From Candidatus Heimdallarchaeota archaeon (GTDB lineage: Archaea; Asgardarchaeota; Heimdallarchaeia; Hodarchaeales; Hodarchaeaceae), in assembly GCA_011364965.1 (NCBI GenBank), contig RDOB01000002.1:616631-646264 (forward strand): a DNA stretch of 29,634 nucleotides, in the 5' to 3' direction. The translations under genes and the position numbers were made by a program. Positions 8,415-17,887 of the stretch are shown here, one piece after another. The notes below the pieces were generated by a model. That model searched no databases and had not been told where the DNA came from. It saw only the letters and a program-made list of their open reading frames with translations. Positions within the stretch are counted from its first letter, which is position 1. Every line of letters starts with the position of its first letter.

Positions 8415-8980
8415 AACTTAAAGCTAGAATACTTTTTATCCAAGTTTATAGGATTAAATAATTTCGCCCCATGTCTACTAATAAACGTATTTGAATTTAT
8501 TATTACCTTATTTTTAAGATCTGCATAAAGTAAACCTAAAGTACGAGATTTATAGGTTGTTATACCTTTTTCTACCTTGGAAATAAGGTTACCCTCACCA
8601 AAGAATAATAACCACATCCATTCAAATTCCATTGCACTCATTACAGTTGTTGCATCACGAATATTTTCGACTAAAGTCGACCATTTTATAGATGGTGCTT
8701 TTTCAAGGTAGATTACCGAGCATCCAACTCGATATGTTGGGCTCGCCATAAATGCAAAGGCTTTAGAAAGAACAAATCCTTTATTACGAACCCCACCAAA
8801 AATTAATGCGTCAAATTTCTTTTTTTGATCAAATGTGGCTTTCTTCTTCAGTGTGGTGGCAATATCAAAATCTCTAATTGCTACATCAAAACTAGCGATC
8901 CAACGGCCACCTTTAATCATTAATTCATTTTCTATATAACGCAGATATCGTTCGTTATTTGAAATATTAATGGAAGACAC
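8399..8980 (-). CDS. Hypothetical alpha/beta protein
   Basis: 193-aa ORF with a GTG start. A BRE/TATA-like GAAAAAAACTTAAATA lies about 25 nt upstream, suggesting a leaderless transcript. Confidence 0.75.
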   Translation of the reverse strand: MSSINISNNERYLRYIENELMIKGGRWIASFDVAIRDFDIATTLKKKATFDQKKKFDALIFGGVRNKGFVLSKAFAFMASPTYRVGCSVIYLEKAPSIKWSTLVENIRDATTVMSAMEFEWMWLLFFGEGNLISKVEKGITTYKSRTLGLLYADLKNKVIINSNTFISRHGAKLFNPINLDKKYSSFKFWVKK

Positions 8981-9108
8981 AAATATCTAAAGTTTGAAAG
9001 TTATTTAAGTTTTTTTCTTTAGAAGAATGTTAACTTATGTAAAACTGATAATTTCCATTATTTGATTCTAAAAAATTAAGAGTATTTCACTTATATTGAT
9101 CTCTTTCT

Positions 9109-9154
9109 AAAAAAAGAAAAAAAAGGAAAAAAAAGAAAAAAAAGGGGGGAGGAG
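9109..9154 (-). terminator. Multi-U-tract terminator of the APC permease gene
   Basis: Plus strand A7-G-A8-GG-A8-G-A8-G6-AGGAG, i.e. a 46-nt pure pyrimidine tract on the minus strand starting 10 nt after the stop codon. Confidence 0.7.
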
Positions 9155-9164
9155 TTTGTTTGTT

Positions 9165-10991
9165 TTATTCGGGGGGAATGGAAGCATAAATTGTTGTAAA
9201 ATCTACACCGCGTTTACTGTAATAATTCTTCATGACTAGATATATTACCAATCCAATCAGAATTAATACAACGACCGTCCAGAAGCCCCAGTTGAATGTG
9301 GCTAAAATATCCGCTGCAGCAAAATCAGGTATCAGTCCAGTTCCCCAATCACCGTAAAATATTACAGGAACTAACGGGGGAACGAATGGAATTGGATCAA
9401 TGCCTAAAACAACATCTAATGTTGCTAGGATACCGAATTCACCTAGTATTATTAAGTCCAAATATATATTCGCTATCAGTGCTACCCAACCGATCACAAC
9501 AACAAGTTCACGGCTTCCCAACTTAGGCTTCCACGGCGCCCTGTCATAGACATCTTTTAGTCTTTTTGGCAGAACTATTGCAGCTACACATGCCATGGTG
9601 AAGAAGATACCATCAAACAGATCTGTGGCTGTAATACCATTTCCAAACAGATCAGCTAGAATAGGAATATCAAGAACTCCACCTGGAGTGAAGAAACCAC
9701 TTTCAGAGAAAGCTCCAAATACCGCGACAATTGCAGTAAACATAATGGCATTTGTAGGGCTGTGCCATCGTTCATCCACTTTAGCAAAAGCTTCGGGTAA
9801 AGCTCTGTCAAATGACATAGCGAATAAAATACGGGACGAAGTAGTTACGAATGGCGGAAGGTCATTTGCTAACCAAAGAACTGCTGCAATCGCGAACAAC
9901 AATGGAACAATTCCACCTAAAGCAAACCCTAATCCGTCAGCTGCCATGACAGCGACGAACGGCATCCAACCAAATCCTGTTAATGTTGGATCTGAAGTAG
10001 TAGCTCCATAATTATTGAATCCTAGAGCTTGGAAGAAAGTCCAACCATTTACATCTCCAACAGAAGCAGCCATACTAAGAAGCGTACTCACAGTCATATA
10101 TACGAATAGGATAATAAATCCAGCTCCCAGATGACTTATTGGTAAGGATTTGTTAGATTCTTTGACTTCACCAGCCGCGAATGAAATAGCAGCATATCCG
10201 ATCCAAGACCAGTATGCACCCAATATTGCTGTGTTAACTGCGCTGAAGTAATTAGGCGCTCGTGAAGCGTCAATTCCTGAATTAATTGCGTCCTGAATCC
10301 ATGCATTAGGTGCTGCTCCAGTAACATGCGTAATTCCACTGACCATAGCTGCCTCATTAAATGCACCGAATAGTAAGGAAAAGTAAATGCCAATTGTTAT
10401 TACTGCGGGAATCCAGAACATTGCATGGAGGAACTTTCCTGTCATTGAAGTACCAAAGTATGCTATAGCTGCAAAAGCGAATATGAAAATAATACCTATA
10501 ATGAGTTTCCAGAACGGATTGTTCAACGCATCAAAGATATCAAGAAGGAATCCAATATTGAAATAGACTTCACCAAAGGCTACGGGCAGAAATAGAAAAG
10601 AAAAATCTATTACTGCCACAGCAATTAACCCATAAGAAATCGCAATACCTAAGAACTCAGCCCAAGCTGATAAAAAGCCAACACCTGGACTAATGGTTCT
10701 TGATATATAGACGTATCCGCCACCTGCTCTAGGCATGGCAGTTGCCATTACTGCAAAAACAAATACAGTTGCGAGAGCAGCAATGCCAGTTAAGAGAAAT
10801 GCGATAACTAGAGGGTCTACTGGTAAAAACATATCATCGGGGTGTAATGGTGCCCAGCCTGTTGTTTGAAACACTCGTTTTTGCCATCCACCGCCTATAA
10901 CATTACTCAAAATGAATATTGTAGCGGTAACGACTCCTATTTCTCTAACTAAACCTGTTGCATCCCTCACATATGTCTTACTCTCAGACAT
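9165..10991 (-). CDS. APC-family amino acid/polyamine permease
   Basis: YVRDATGLVREIG N-terminus, MPRAGGGYVYISR, AGEVK, SRILFAMSFDRALP and a C-terminal IPPE; 12 or more TM helices; SD AGGTGA. Confidence 0.95.
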   Translation of the reverse strand: MSESKTYVRDATGLVREIGVVTATIFILSNVIGGGWQKRVFQTTGWAPLHPDDMFLPVDPLVIAFLLTGIAALATVFVFAVMATAMPRAGGGYVYISRTISPGVGFLSAWAEFLGIAISYGLIAVAVIDFSFLFLPVAFGEVYFNIGFLLDIFDALNNPFWKLIIGIIFIFAFAAIAYFGTSMTGKFLHAMFWIPAVITIGIYFSLLFGAFNEAAMVSGITHVTGAAPNAWIQDAINSGIDASRAPNYFSAVNTAILGAYWSWIGYAAISFAAGEVKESNKSLPISHLGAGFIILFVYMTVSTLLSMAASVGDVNGWTFFQALGFNNYGATTSDPTLTGFGWMPFVAVMAADGLGFALGGIVPLLFAIAAVLWLANDLPPFVTTSSRILFAMSFDRALPEAFAKVDERWHSPTNAIMFTAIVAVFGAFSESGFFTPGGVLDIPILADLFGNGITATDLFDGIFFTMACVAAIVLPKRLKDVYDRAPWKPKLGSRELVVVIGWVALIANIYLDLIILGEFGILATLDVVLGIDPIPFVPPLVPVIFYGDWGTGLIPDFAAADILATFNWGFWTVVVLILIGLVIYLVMKNYYSKRGVDFTTIYASIPPE

Positions 10992-11343
10992 TTATTAATT
11001 TCACCTTTTAGAAATTTCTATTAATTGTCTACTAAGTAATTATTGTAAAATCGATTAAAACAAATTTATCAATGTCTTATTTCGACCTACAATCCCAATT
11101 CATGAAAAATGCTCCTGTTTAATTTCATTGAATAGATATTTAGAAGCACTTAACACAAAAACAAAAGGGACTAGGGGCAGATTAAAAAACTTTCCTTTTT
11201 CATTAAATATAATGTAATTATAATCATGATTCAGCATAATAATTAAATAACTATTATTCCTATTCCTAATTATTTGAAATTACGTACGTTACCTATTGAA
11301 ATATCAATAAAATTCTAGAAATATGATTAAATTGGTGAAGTAA

Positions 11344-12354
11344 ATGGTGAGATTTTTCTTTTGTACAGATATACATGGATCCGAGGCGGTTTGGAGAAAA
11401 TTTCTAAATACTCCACGATATTTAAAAGTGGATACAATTATCATGGGTGGAGACATAACAGGGAAAAGAATTGTTCCTATTTTGCAACAATCTGACGGAA
11501 CTTGGAAAGGTAGTATCTACGGGACAGTAGATCAAGAAGTTATCATGAAAACAGAAGAAGAAATTGTTGATTTTGAAAAAAGAGCTCGAATGGCTGGTTG
11601 TTATCCAACTCGTTTAACTGCTAGAGAGAATGAGGATTTAGCAGAATCTCTTGAAGAAGAAGATGGGATTCAAAAATTAAAAAAAGGGGGAGCACTTGAT
11701 AAGCTTTTTGATCGTGTTGAAGCTGAGGGATTGCAAAAATGGATTGATATGGTTGATGATGTTATAGATGGTAGTAGACGAGTTCCTGAAGGAACGAAAA
11801 TTATAATTTGTCCCGGAAATGATGATAAATTTGCAATTGACGAGATAATCAAGAAAGATCCGCGTGTTATTTATGGGGAAATGGCAAAAATTGATTTAGA
11901 TAATGATCATGAAATGATAAGTTATGGTTGGACAACACCGACTCCTTGGGATACATATCGCGAATGTAATGAAGAAAATATAAAAGAGAAAATAGAAGAA
12001 TTGGTTTCATTAGTAAATAACATTGAAAATTCTGTATTCTGTTTCCATTGTCCTCCTTATGAAAGCAAAATCGATGAAGCTCCATTATTGAATCCAGATC
12101 TTACGTATGTGGGTTGGAGAGGTGGAGAACCCATTAGAGGCGCAACAGGTTCAAAAGCGGTCAGGGAAGCTATAGAAAAATATCAACCTATTGTTTCGTT
12201 GCATGGACATATTCATGAATCACCTGGGTCTGTCAAAATTGGACGCACGTATTGCATTAATCCGGGGAGTGAATATTCTGAGGCTATTCTTAAAGGATAT
12301 TTAGTGGAATTGGAAAAAGGTGAACTGAAAGCAATGCAAAGGGTTGAAGCTTAA
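11344..12354 (+). CDS. Calcineurin-like (Icc-related) metallophosphoesterase
   Basis: Motifs DIHGS, GGDITGK, PGNDD, FHCPPY, HGHIHE and INPGS; SD GGTGA. Confidence 0.93.
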   Translation: MVRFFFCTDIHGSEAVWRKFLNTPRYLKVDTIIMGGDITGKRIVPILQQSDGTWKGSIYGTVDQEVIMKTEEEIVDFEKRARMAGCYPTRLTARENEDLAESLEEEDGIQKLKKGGALDKLFDRVEAEGLQKWIDMVDDVIDGSRRVPEGTKIIICPGNDDKFAIDEIIKKDPRVIYGEMAKIDLDNDHEMISYGWTTPTPWDTYRECNEENIKEKIEELVSLVNNIENSVFCFHCPPYESKIDEAPLLNPDLTYVGWRGGEPIRGATGSKAVREAIEKYQPIVSLHGHIHESPGSVKIGRTYCINPGSEYSEAILKGYLVELEKGELKAMQRVEA

Positions 12355-12472
12355 ATTTAATTCAAGGATAAGGATCATTTAATTAAAGAGGAGAATAAAT
12401 TCAAACAAAAACTTTTAATATCTTCATCCTGATAAAAAATAACATTAAAAACTGCATTTTTGAGGCCCAAAA

Positions 12473-13333
12473 ATGGATCCATCATTAAAAGTACAAAATG
12501 ATAAGCTTATGAAAGTAGGTTACTTGATCCTTCAGGAATGTAAAAAAAAATCTCTCCCCTGTTTTCTTTGGGGCGGCGGAGCTATTTATCACATGCTTGG
12601 AGGAAAGCTAGATTATCGGATAATGAGCGATATTGAATTTTTCCTTCCAAAAGCTGCTGATAAATCTATTCAGGAAATCCTTGAAAAATTAGGATTTATT
12701 CCCTATAAAACCTTTAATAATATACAAAATATGTATTCGAATCCAAGAAGGGAATTTTATCGTCCAAGCAGGGAGCTAACTGACTCTGAAATCGAAGATA
12801 TAATGCATGGAAGGAGGAAGAATGTGAAAGATGTCGAATTTCAAAAAGTGGAGCTCTTCATTGATGGTATCAGGATGTGTTGGTTATTCAAGATAGAAGA
12901 TTTGCCAAAAAATTATTTTGATTCACTAATATGTCCTCCGGGATTCCAAATTGCCCTTAAAGTTAATCCTATCCATCCTGATGATTTTGATTTTAAAGAT
13001 ATCCAAGATATTTCTAGTGTTTTAAATAAATCAGGATGTGAAATAAAAGAATTTGATTCGATTTTTATTGAACCTCAAGTCACTGAGGACATAAATTTTA
13101 GTATAGGTACCAATTTTCTCGAAAAAATAGCTAAAGATAAGTACGAGTTTCCAACAACAGCAGTTAGAAATTTAAAAGAAGTTTTAAATTATTCTGGTCT
13201 TACTGAAGATGGAAAATCAAAAGTTCAACAATTGATAGATTATTTAAGTCCATTTATCTCAATCGATCAAGGAAGCCGTTTAAAAAATATTAAACGAGAA
13301 AAACCTGTACGGGTTGATGCTAGAACCCGATAA
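12473..13333 (+). CDS. Pol-beta-superfamily nucleotidyltransferase-like protein (divergent paralogue)
   Basis: LWGGGAIYH...RIMSDIEFF...KVELF...LK...KDIQD; colinear with the convergent neighbour at 13373-14302. Confidence 0.7.
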   Translation: MDPSLKVQNDKLMKVGYLILQECKKKSLPCFLWGGGAIYHMLGGKLDYRIMSDIEFFLPKAADKSIQEILEKLGFIPYKTFNNIQNMYSNPRREFYRPSRELTDSEIEDIMHGRRKNVKDVEFQKVELFIDGIRMCWLFKIEDLPKNYFDSLICPPGFQIALKVNPIHPDDFDFKDIQDISSVLNKSGCEIKEFDSIFIEPQVTEDINFSIGTNFLEKIAKDKYEFPTTAVRNLKEVLNYSGLTEDGKSKVQQLIDYLSPFISIDQGSRLKNIKREKPVRVDARTR

Positions 13334-13372
13334 AATTCTAACTTATTTGATTATATTGGTAAGCTCTATCAA

Positions 13373-14302
13373 TTATGGTTTTGGCTTTTCAAAGAGGTGT
13401 TTCCCACTAAAAATACCAAACTCTCCAACCGTTTGAGTTGTTTCAACAGGACGATACCATTTTTTCGTCGATCCTATTTTTGCTCTCGCTCTCCAAGCTC
13501 GATTCTTCTCAATTTGCGAAAAATACTCCAGTATTTCATTAATTTTTGTGGAAATATTCATTTTTTGATCTTCATTAAGCTCATTAAAACTAGGTAATAT
13601 ATCCTTTATTTTCGCTAAATTAGTAGTTACTGTATGATAGAATCCCCACGCATAGGTACCTTTACTCAAATATTTCTCACCAATGTATTTGATATTGATA
13701 GCTTCGGGTTCATCAGAATAGCTAATTTTATGGGGAATTAAGAGCATCATAGTATCAACTAAATCTTTATAGTTCATAAAAACAATTTGTGTTTTGCCCA
13801 AAAATAGTTCTGCTAATGGTAGTGTGGGGGAATCTAATTTTAAGCGTGAATTATCTAATTCAATATCATGATTAAATTTTATTGAACCATAAAAACAATC
13901 GATGAACCACCAGTTTTTTGGATGAAGATATATTCGTCTTTGACTTGCAGTAGAACTTAGTGTTGGTTTACGTTTAATATATCCCATTTTTCCTATGAAT
14001 TTGTCCATACCTTTCATATCTTTATATGAAATCGCTCCATCAATATCTGTAATCTCAATCTCGTCATCTCCTAGTCGTTTCAGACTTTTATAAAGTCCTT
14101 CAAGACCGTGTGGCTGCACATGTAACCGTATGGCTAATCCTCCGAGAAGTCTAAATAAGACTCCTGCTTTTTCAGCTTCAAAAACTAGTTTTTTCGCTTC
14201 TTCGATAAATACATGCAATGGAATAACCCCACCCCATTCCTCTGGAAGATCAACAAGCTCAACACCCTCTTTTTTTTGTAATGAAATTAATATCACCACC
14301 AA
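13373..14302 (-). CDS. Pol-beta-superfamily nucleotidyltransferase-like protein
   Basis: RLLGGLAIRLH...ITDIDG...FIDCF...GKTQ...KDLVD: the GG...DxD...D signature plus the K...KDxxD helical motif. Start is uncertain (TTG 14302, or GTG 14299/14296). Confidence 0.78.
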   Translation of the reverse strand: MVVILISLQKKEGVELVDLPEEWGGVIPLHVFIEEAKKLVFEAEKAGVLFRLLGGLAIRLHVQPHGLEGLYKSLKRLGDDEIEITDIDGAISYKDMKGMDKFIGKMGYIKRKPTLSSTASQRRIYLHPKNWWFIDCFYGSIKFNHDIELDNSRLKLDSPTLPLAELFLGKTQIVFMNYKDLVDTMMLLIPHKISYSDEPEAINIKYIGEKYLSKGTYAWGFYHTVTTNLAKIKDILPSFNELNEDQKMNISTKINEILEYFSQIEKNRAWRARAKIGSTKKWYRPVETTQTVGEFGIFSGKHLFEKPKP

Positions 14303-14392
14303 AATATATTAGACTTCTGATAATGGCCATGTAGAATGGTAAAGTCAAAAATATAGCAAACAAACAAGTGTTATTGAATTTTTTGTTTTTAA

Positions 14393-15136
14393 TTAATTTA
14401 GTGAGAGTAATTCCTCCAAGCTTTCCACGGCTTCTCCGATAATTAATATGGCAAAGAATAATAAAATAATAGCAGAACCCTTCGTAATCCAGTTAAAGAA
14501 TCTTGGATTTGGTGATCGTCTAATGACTGCTAAAAAAGTAGTAAATATGAGAACCCATGCAAGAATTCCTGATAAAAACATTAATACAATAATCAGACGT
14601 GATACTAAATCAGGAGCGTTAAAATCACTAAATAATATTATTGTTCCAGCTGAAATCCACCATAGGTATGACCATGGAGAGCTAATTACAACTGATAAAC
14701 CAGTTATGTACCGATTTGATAAGTATCGTGAAATATTAATTTGGTTCTTTGAAGTACTAATTAGATTTGTGTTATCAATACTAATTATTCCCTCTGTTTT
14801 TTTTAAAAGGCTTGAGATGCCCAAATATCCCAGAATCAATATATTAATTACAAAAAGTATTAGCTTAATCAAAGGATTAGAAAAAATATCTTCCAAGGTT
14901 TCTCCTCCAATAGTTAGGGCCATAAACGCCATAAAAAAGTCTCCAGTCATGGCGCCTATTCCAATCAAAATTGAGGAAAGCCAAGCAACCTTATGACCAT
15001 ATGATATATTAAGAGCCTGCTTAATCATTTCTACATTGATAGGCCCCAAAGGCGCAGCAAGAGTTATACCTAGAAATGCGACAATGAACCAGGTTCCTAA
15101 AATCTCTAATAGGTTCAAAAATAATTTTATCTCCAA
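14393..15136 (-). CDS. LysE/RhtB-family amino acid exporter
   Basis: LAAPLGPINV, G...GAMTGD, YLG and SPWSYLWW motifs; about 6 TM helices. Confidence 0.9.
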   Translation of the reverse strand: MEIKLFLNLLEILGTWFIVAFLGITLAAPLGPINVEMIKQALNISYGHKVAWLSSILIGIGAMTGDFFMAFMALTIGGETLEDIFSNPLIKLILFVINILILGYLGISSLLKKTEGIISIDNTNLISTSKNQINISRYLSNRYITGLSVVISSPWSYLWWISAGTIILFSDFNAPDLVSRLIIVLMFLSGILAWVLIFTTFLAVIRRSPNPRFFNWITKGSAIILLFFAILIIGEAVESLEELLSLN

Positions 15137-15234
15137 ATTATTAAATATAACGAATTTTTAAAAAGAATTATTTTATATTAAACTCTCGAATAACATAAAA
15201 TTTGTTCTATTTAATAAGGAACTGTGTGTAAAAT

Positions 15235-16611
15235 ATGAAATTTGAAGATTTAAGTTTTGAAGACGCTCCTAAAATAACTGGAAAGATACCTGGATTGATA
15301 TCAAAAAAGATTTTGCAAAAACAATTAGCTATTGAAGGAAAAGCGTTATCTTATCCTCGTAATATTCCTTTTGTTATGGAAGAAGGATTTGGTGCTACGA
15401 TAAAAGATCCTGATGGAAATATTTTTATTGATTTCTTTTCTGGTGCAGGTGTACTTGCATTAGGTCATTGTAATCCCTTTATCACGAAAGCTGTGGAAAC
15501 TCAACTTAAAAAAATCACCCATACCTTGGATTTTCCAACAAAGATAAGAATTGAGTTAATTGAAAAATTACGAGATATCTTGCCAGAGAAACTTAAAAAC
15601 AATATTAAAGTACAATTTGGTGGTCCAACTGGTTCAGATGCGGTAGAAATGGCCGTTAAATTGGCAAAAATCATTACAAAACGCCATACACTCCTTTCTT
15701 TTGAGGGGGCTTATCATGGTATGACTGCTGGAGCATGTTCCTTAACATCAGGAAGCTTCTGGAAAGAAAAATACTTGCCAATGTTGCCAGAAGTTCATTT
15801 TGTACCTTATGCATATTGTTATCGCTGCATTTTTAATCAGGATAGAAAGCAGTGCAAGTTTCAGTGTATTTCCTTTTATGAACACGTTCTAGCTGATCCT
15901 CATTCAGGAGTAGTTCACCCTGCAGCAACAATTATTGAGCCAATTCAAGGAGAGGGCGGGTCTATCGTTCCTCCTGAAAAGTTTATAAAATCCATAGAAG
16001 AAATTAATAGAAAATATGATGTACCTATAATATTTGATGAAATTCAATCTGGTTTCTATAGAACTGGAAAATTATTTTCATTTGAACACTCATCGGCCAC
16101 ACCAGATATTATAACAATGTCAAAAGCCTTAGGAGGTGGTTTTCCACTTTCTGCTATTGCTTATCGTGAGGAATTAGATATCTGGCATAAGGGTGCTCAC
16201 ATAGGTACGTTTAGAGGTAATGTAACTGCAATGGCTGCTGGTTTGGCTTGTATTAATTTCATGATAGACAATGATCTTGGAAGTCACGTTTTATCCACAG
16301 GTAAATTCATGTTAGATTATCTAAAGAAATTGGAAAAAACCTCTGATATTGTTGGTGAGGTTAGAGGAAAAGGACTAATGACTGGAATTGAGATTGTTAG
16401 TAATAAGGAATTGAAAATACCTTCAAGTGCTTTAGCTGCAGAAATACGAAATAAATGTTTTCAAGAAGGAGTGATTATTGAAGTAGGTGGTCATTATGAT
16501 AATGTTGTGAGATTCCTTCCACCCCTTATTATTACTCATGAATTAGTCAAAACTGGCATTATGATAGTAGAAGAAGCTATTGCACAAGTCGAGAAAAGGA
16601 TGAAAAAGTAG
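15235..16611 (+). CDS. Class III PLP aminotransferase, diaminobutyrate aminotransferase (Dat/EctB)-like
   Basis: GPTGSDAVE, YHGMT, EPIQGEGG, DEIQSG, MSKALGGG (PLP Lys) and GAHIGTFRGN, the last typical of DABA aminotransferases. Confidence 0.9.
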   Translation: MKFEDLSFEDAPKITGKIPGLISKKILQKQLAIEGKALSYPRNIPFVMEEGFGATIKDPDGNIFIDFFSGAGVLALGHCNPFITKAVETQLKKITHTLDFPTKIRIELIEKLRDILPEKLKNNIKVQFGGPTGSDAVEMAVKLAKIITKRHTLLSFEGAYHGMTAGACSLTSGSFWKEKYLPMLPEVHFVPYAYCYRCIFNQDRKQCKFQCISFYEHVLADPHSGVVHPAATIIEPIQGEGGSIVPPEKFIKSIEEINRKYDVPIIFDEIQSGFYRTGKLFSFEHSSATPDIITMSKALGGGFPLSAIAYREELDIWHKGAHIGTFRGNVTAMAAGLACINFMIDNDLGSHVLSTGKFMLDYLKKLEKTSDIVGEVRGKGLMTGIEIVSNKELKIPSSALAAEIRNKCFQEGVIIEVGGHYDNVVRFLPPLIITHELVKTGIMIVEEAIAQVEKRMKK

Positions 16612-16621
16612 GAAGTGAGTA

Positions 16622-17824
16622 TCAAGGAATATTTCCCCATAATATAGCAAATGAAGCATAAAATTCCAAAGCTTTAATCAAATGTTCAATTGGAACCTGA
16701 TCCTCCTCTGTATGGGCATATTTTTCATTTCCAGGTCCAAAGCCAAATGTTGGTATATTAAATAATCCTTTACATCCAACACCGTTAGTAGAGAAGGGCC
16801 AGATGTATAATTCTGGTTCTTCATTGAATTGCAATTGATAAGCTTTAATTGCGGTTTGAATTAGAGGATGTGAAGTATCCATATACCAAGAAGGATAAAA
16901 CGCTTTAATTTGATGATTAGAACCTGATCTACTTTTATATTCATATTCTGGAATATATACTGTTGCGTTTGCTGTTTTTACTGTTTTTAAATATCTTATC
17001 TCTTTAAGAACATCTTCCTCAGTTTTAGACTCTTGTGGTGTTAATCTTCTATCGATATGGATAGTAACGCTGTCTGGTATTGCATTCTGATTAACTGCCG
17101 TTGAATATATGTCAGTTACAGAGATACATGGTTTTCCAAAAGTAGAATCGATAGGAAAGGTCGTGTTCATTTCTTCAATGTCCAGTATTATTGGTGCAAT
17201 TTTATATATAGCATTTTCTCCTTGTTCAGGAGATGCACTGTGACAGGAAACACCAGATGTTTGAATTTTTAAATCTACACGACCTCGTTGTCCATATGCA
17301 ATTTTTAGATTGGATGGTTCTGCTATTATGACTGCATCAGGGGATATTTTGTTTTCTTTAATGATATATTGCCAGTTTAATCCTTCGTATATTTCTTCCA
17401 TAACAGATGCTATTGCTAGAAATTTAAGACCTCTGGGAATTCCTATTTTCTTTAATATGGCTCCAGTATAAACTAAAGATGCAATAGATCCTTTCATATC
17501 ACAAGCGCCTCGCCCATAAATAATTCCATTCTTTATTATCCCCTTATAAGGATCGAAATTCCACTTTTCTAAATTTCCTACATCAACAGTATCCACATGT
17601 CCTTCTATGGCTAGAATTCTCTCTCCATGGCCTAATTGGCCTATTAAATTACCCATTCCATCAATAAAAATATTTTCATACCCAATTCTTTCCATTTCTT
17701 GCTTTATTCTCTGAATGACTGCTTCTTCATTGTTAGAAAGGGATGGAATTGCTATTATATCTCTTGTGAATAAAATCAAGTCATTCTTTAGCTCAGATGC
17801 AGCTTTCATTATTGCTTCTTTCAT
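16622..17824 (-). CDS. ygeY: YgeY-like M20 metallohydrolase
   Basis: GHVDTVDVG, GRGACDMKG, EEIYEG, EPS...GQRGR, GVSCH...GENAIYK, WPFSTNGV and GFGPGNEKYAH. Confidence 0.85.
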   Translation of the reverse strand: MKEAIMKAASELKNDLILFTRDIIAIPSLSNNEEAVIQRIKQEMERIGYENIFIDGMGNLIGQLGHGERILAIEGHVDTVDVGNLEKWNFDPYKGIIKNGIIYGRGACDMKGSIASLVYTGAILKKIGIPRGLKFLAIASVMEEIYEGLNWQYIIKENKISPDAVIIAEPSNLKIAYGQRGRVDLKIQTSGVSCHSASPEQGENAIYKIAPIILDIEEMNTTFPIDSTFGKPCISVTDIYSTAVNQNAIPDSVTIHIDRRLTPQESKTEEDVLKEIRYLKTVKTANATVYIPEYEYKSRSGSNHQIKAFYPSWYMDTSHPLIQTAIKAYQLQFNEEPELYIWPFSTNGVGCKGLFNIPTFGFGPGNEKYAHTEEDQVPIEHLIKALEFYASFAILWGNIP

Positions 17825-17887
17825 GATGAATAAACTGAAATTCTAGTTTATTTAATCTATCTTCTTCAAGTCAAGCTATAAGAGAAG

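Noticed and set aside
9296-10393. ORFs 9296-9526, 9595-10011 and 10136-10393
   Set aside because: Antisense or out-of-frame shadows inside the APC permease gene.
12473-14302. CBASS (CD-NTase), MNT-HEPN or AbiE toxin-antitoxin interpretation of the NTases
   Set aside because: No Cap effector, HEPN or antitoxin gene is adjacent, there is no mobile or defence context, and the two genes are convergent. The family assignment needs a profile search.
11670-14996. ORFs 11670-11852, 11867-12085, 13397-13597, 14130-14312 and 14448-14996
   Set aside because: Antisense shadows of well-supported genes.
15235-16611. Ectoine or siderophore biosynthesis cluster
   Set aside because: No ectA/ectC, DABA decarboxylase or NIS synthetase is nearby.
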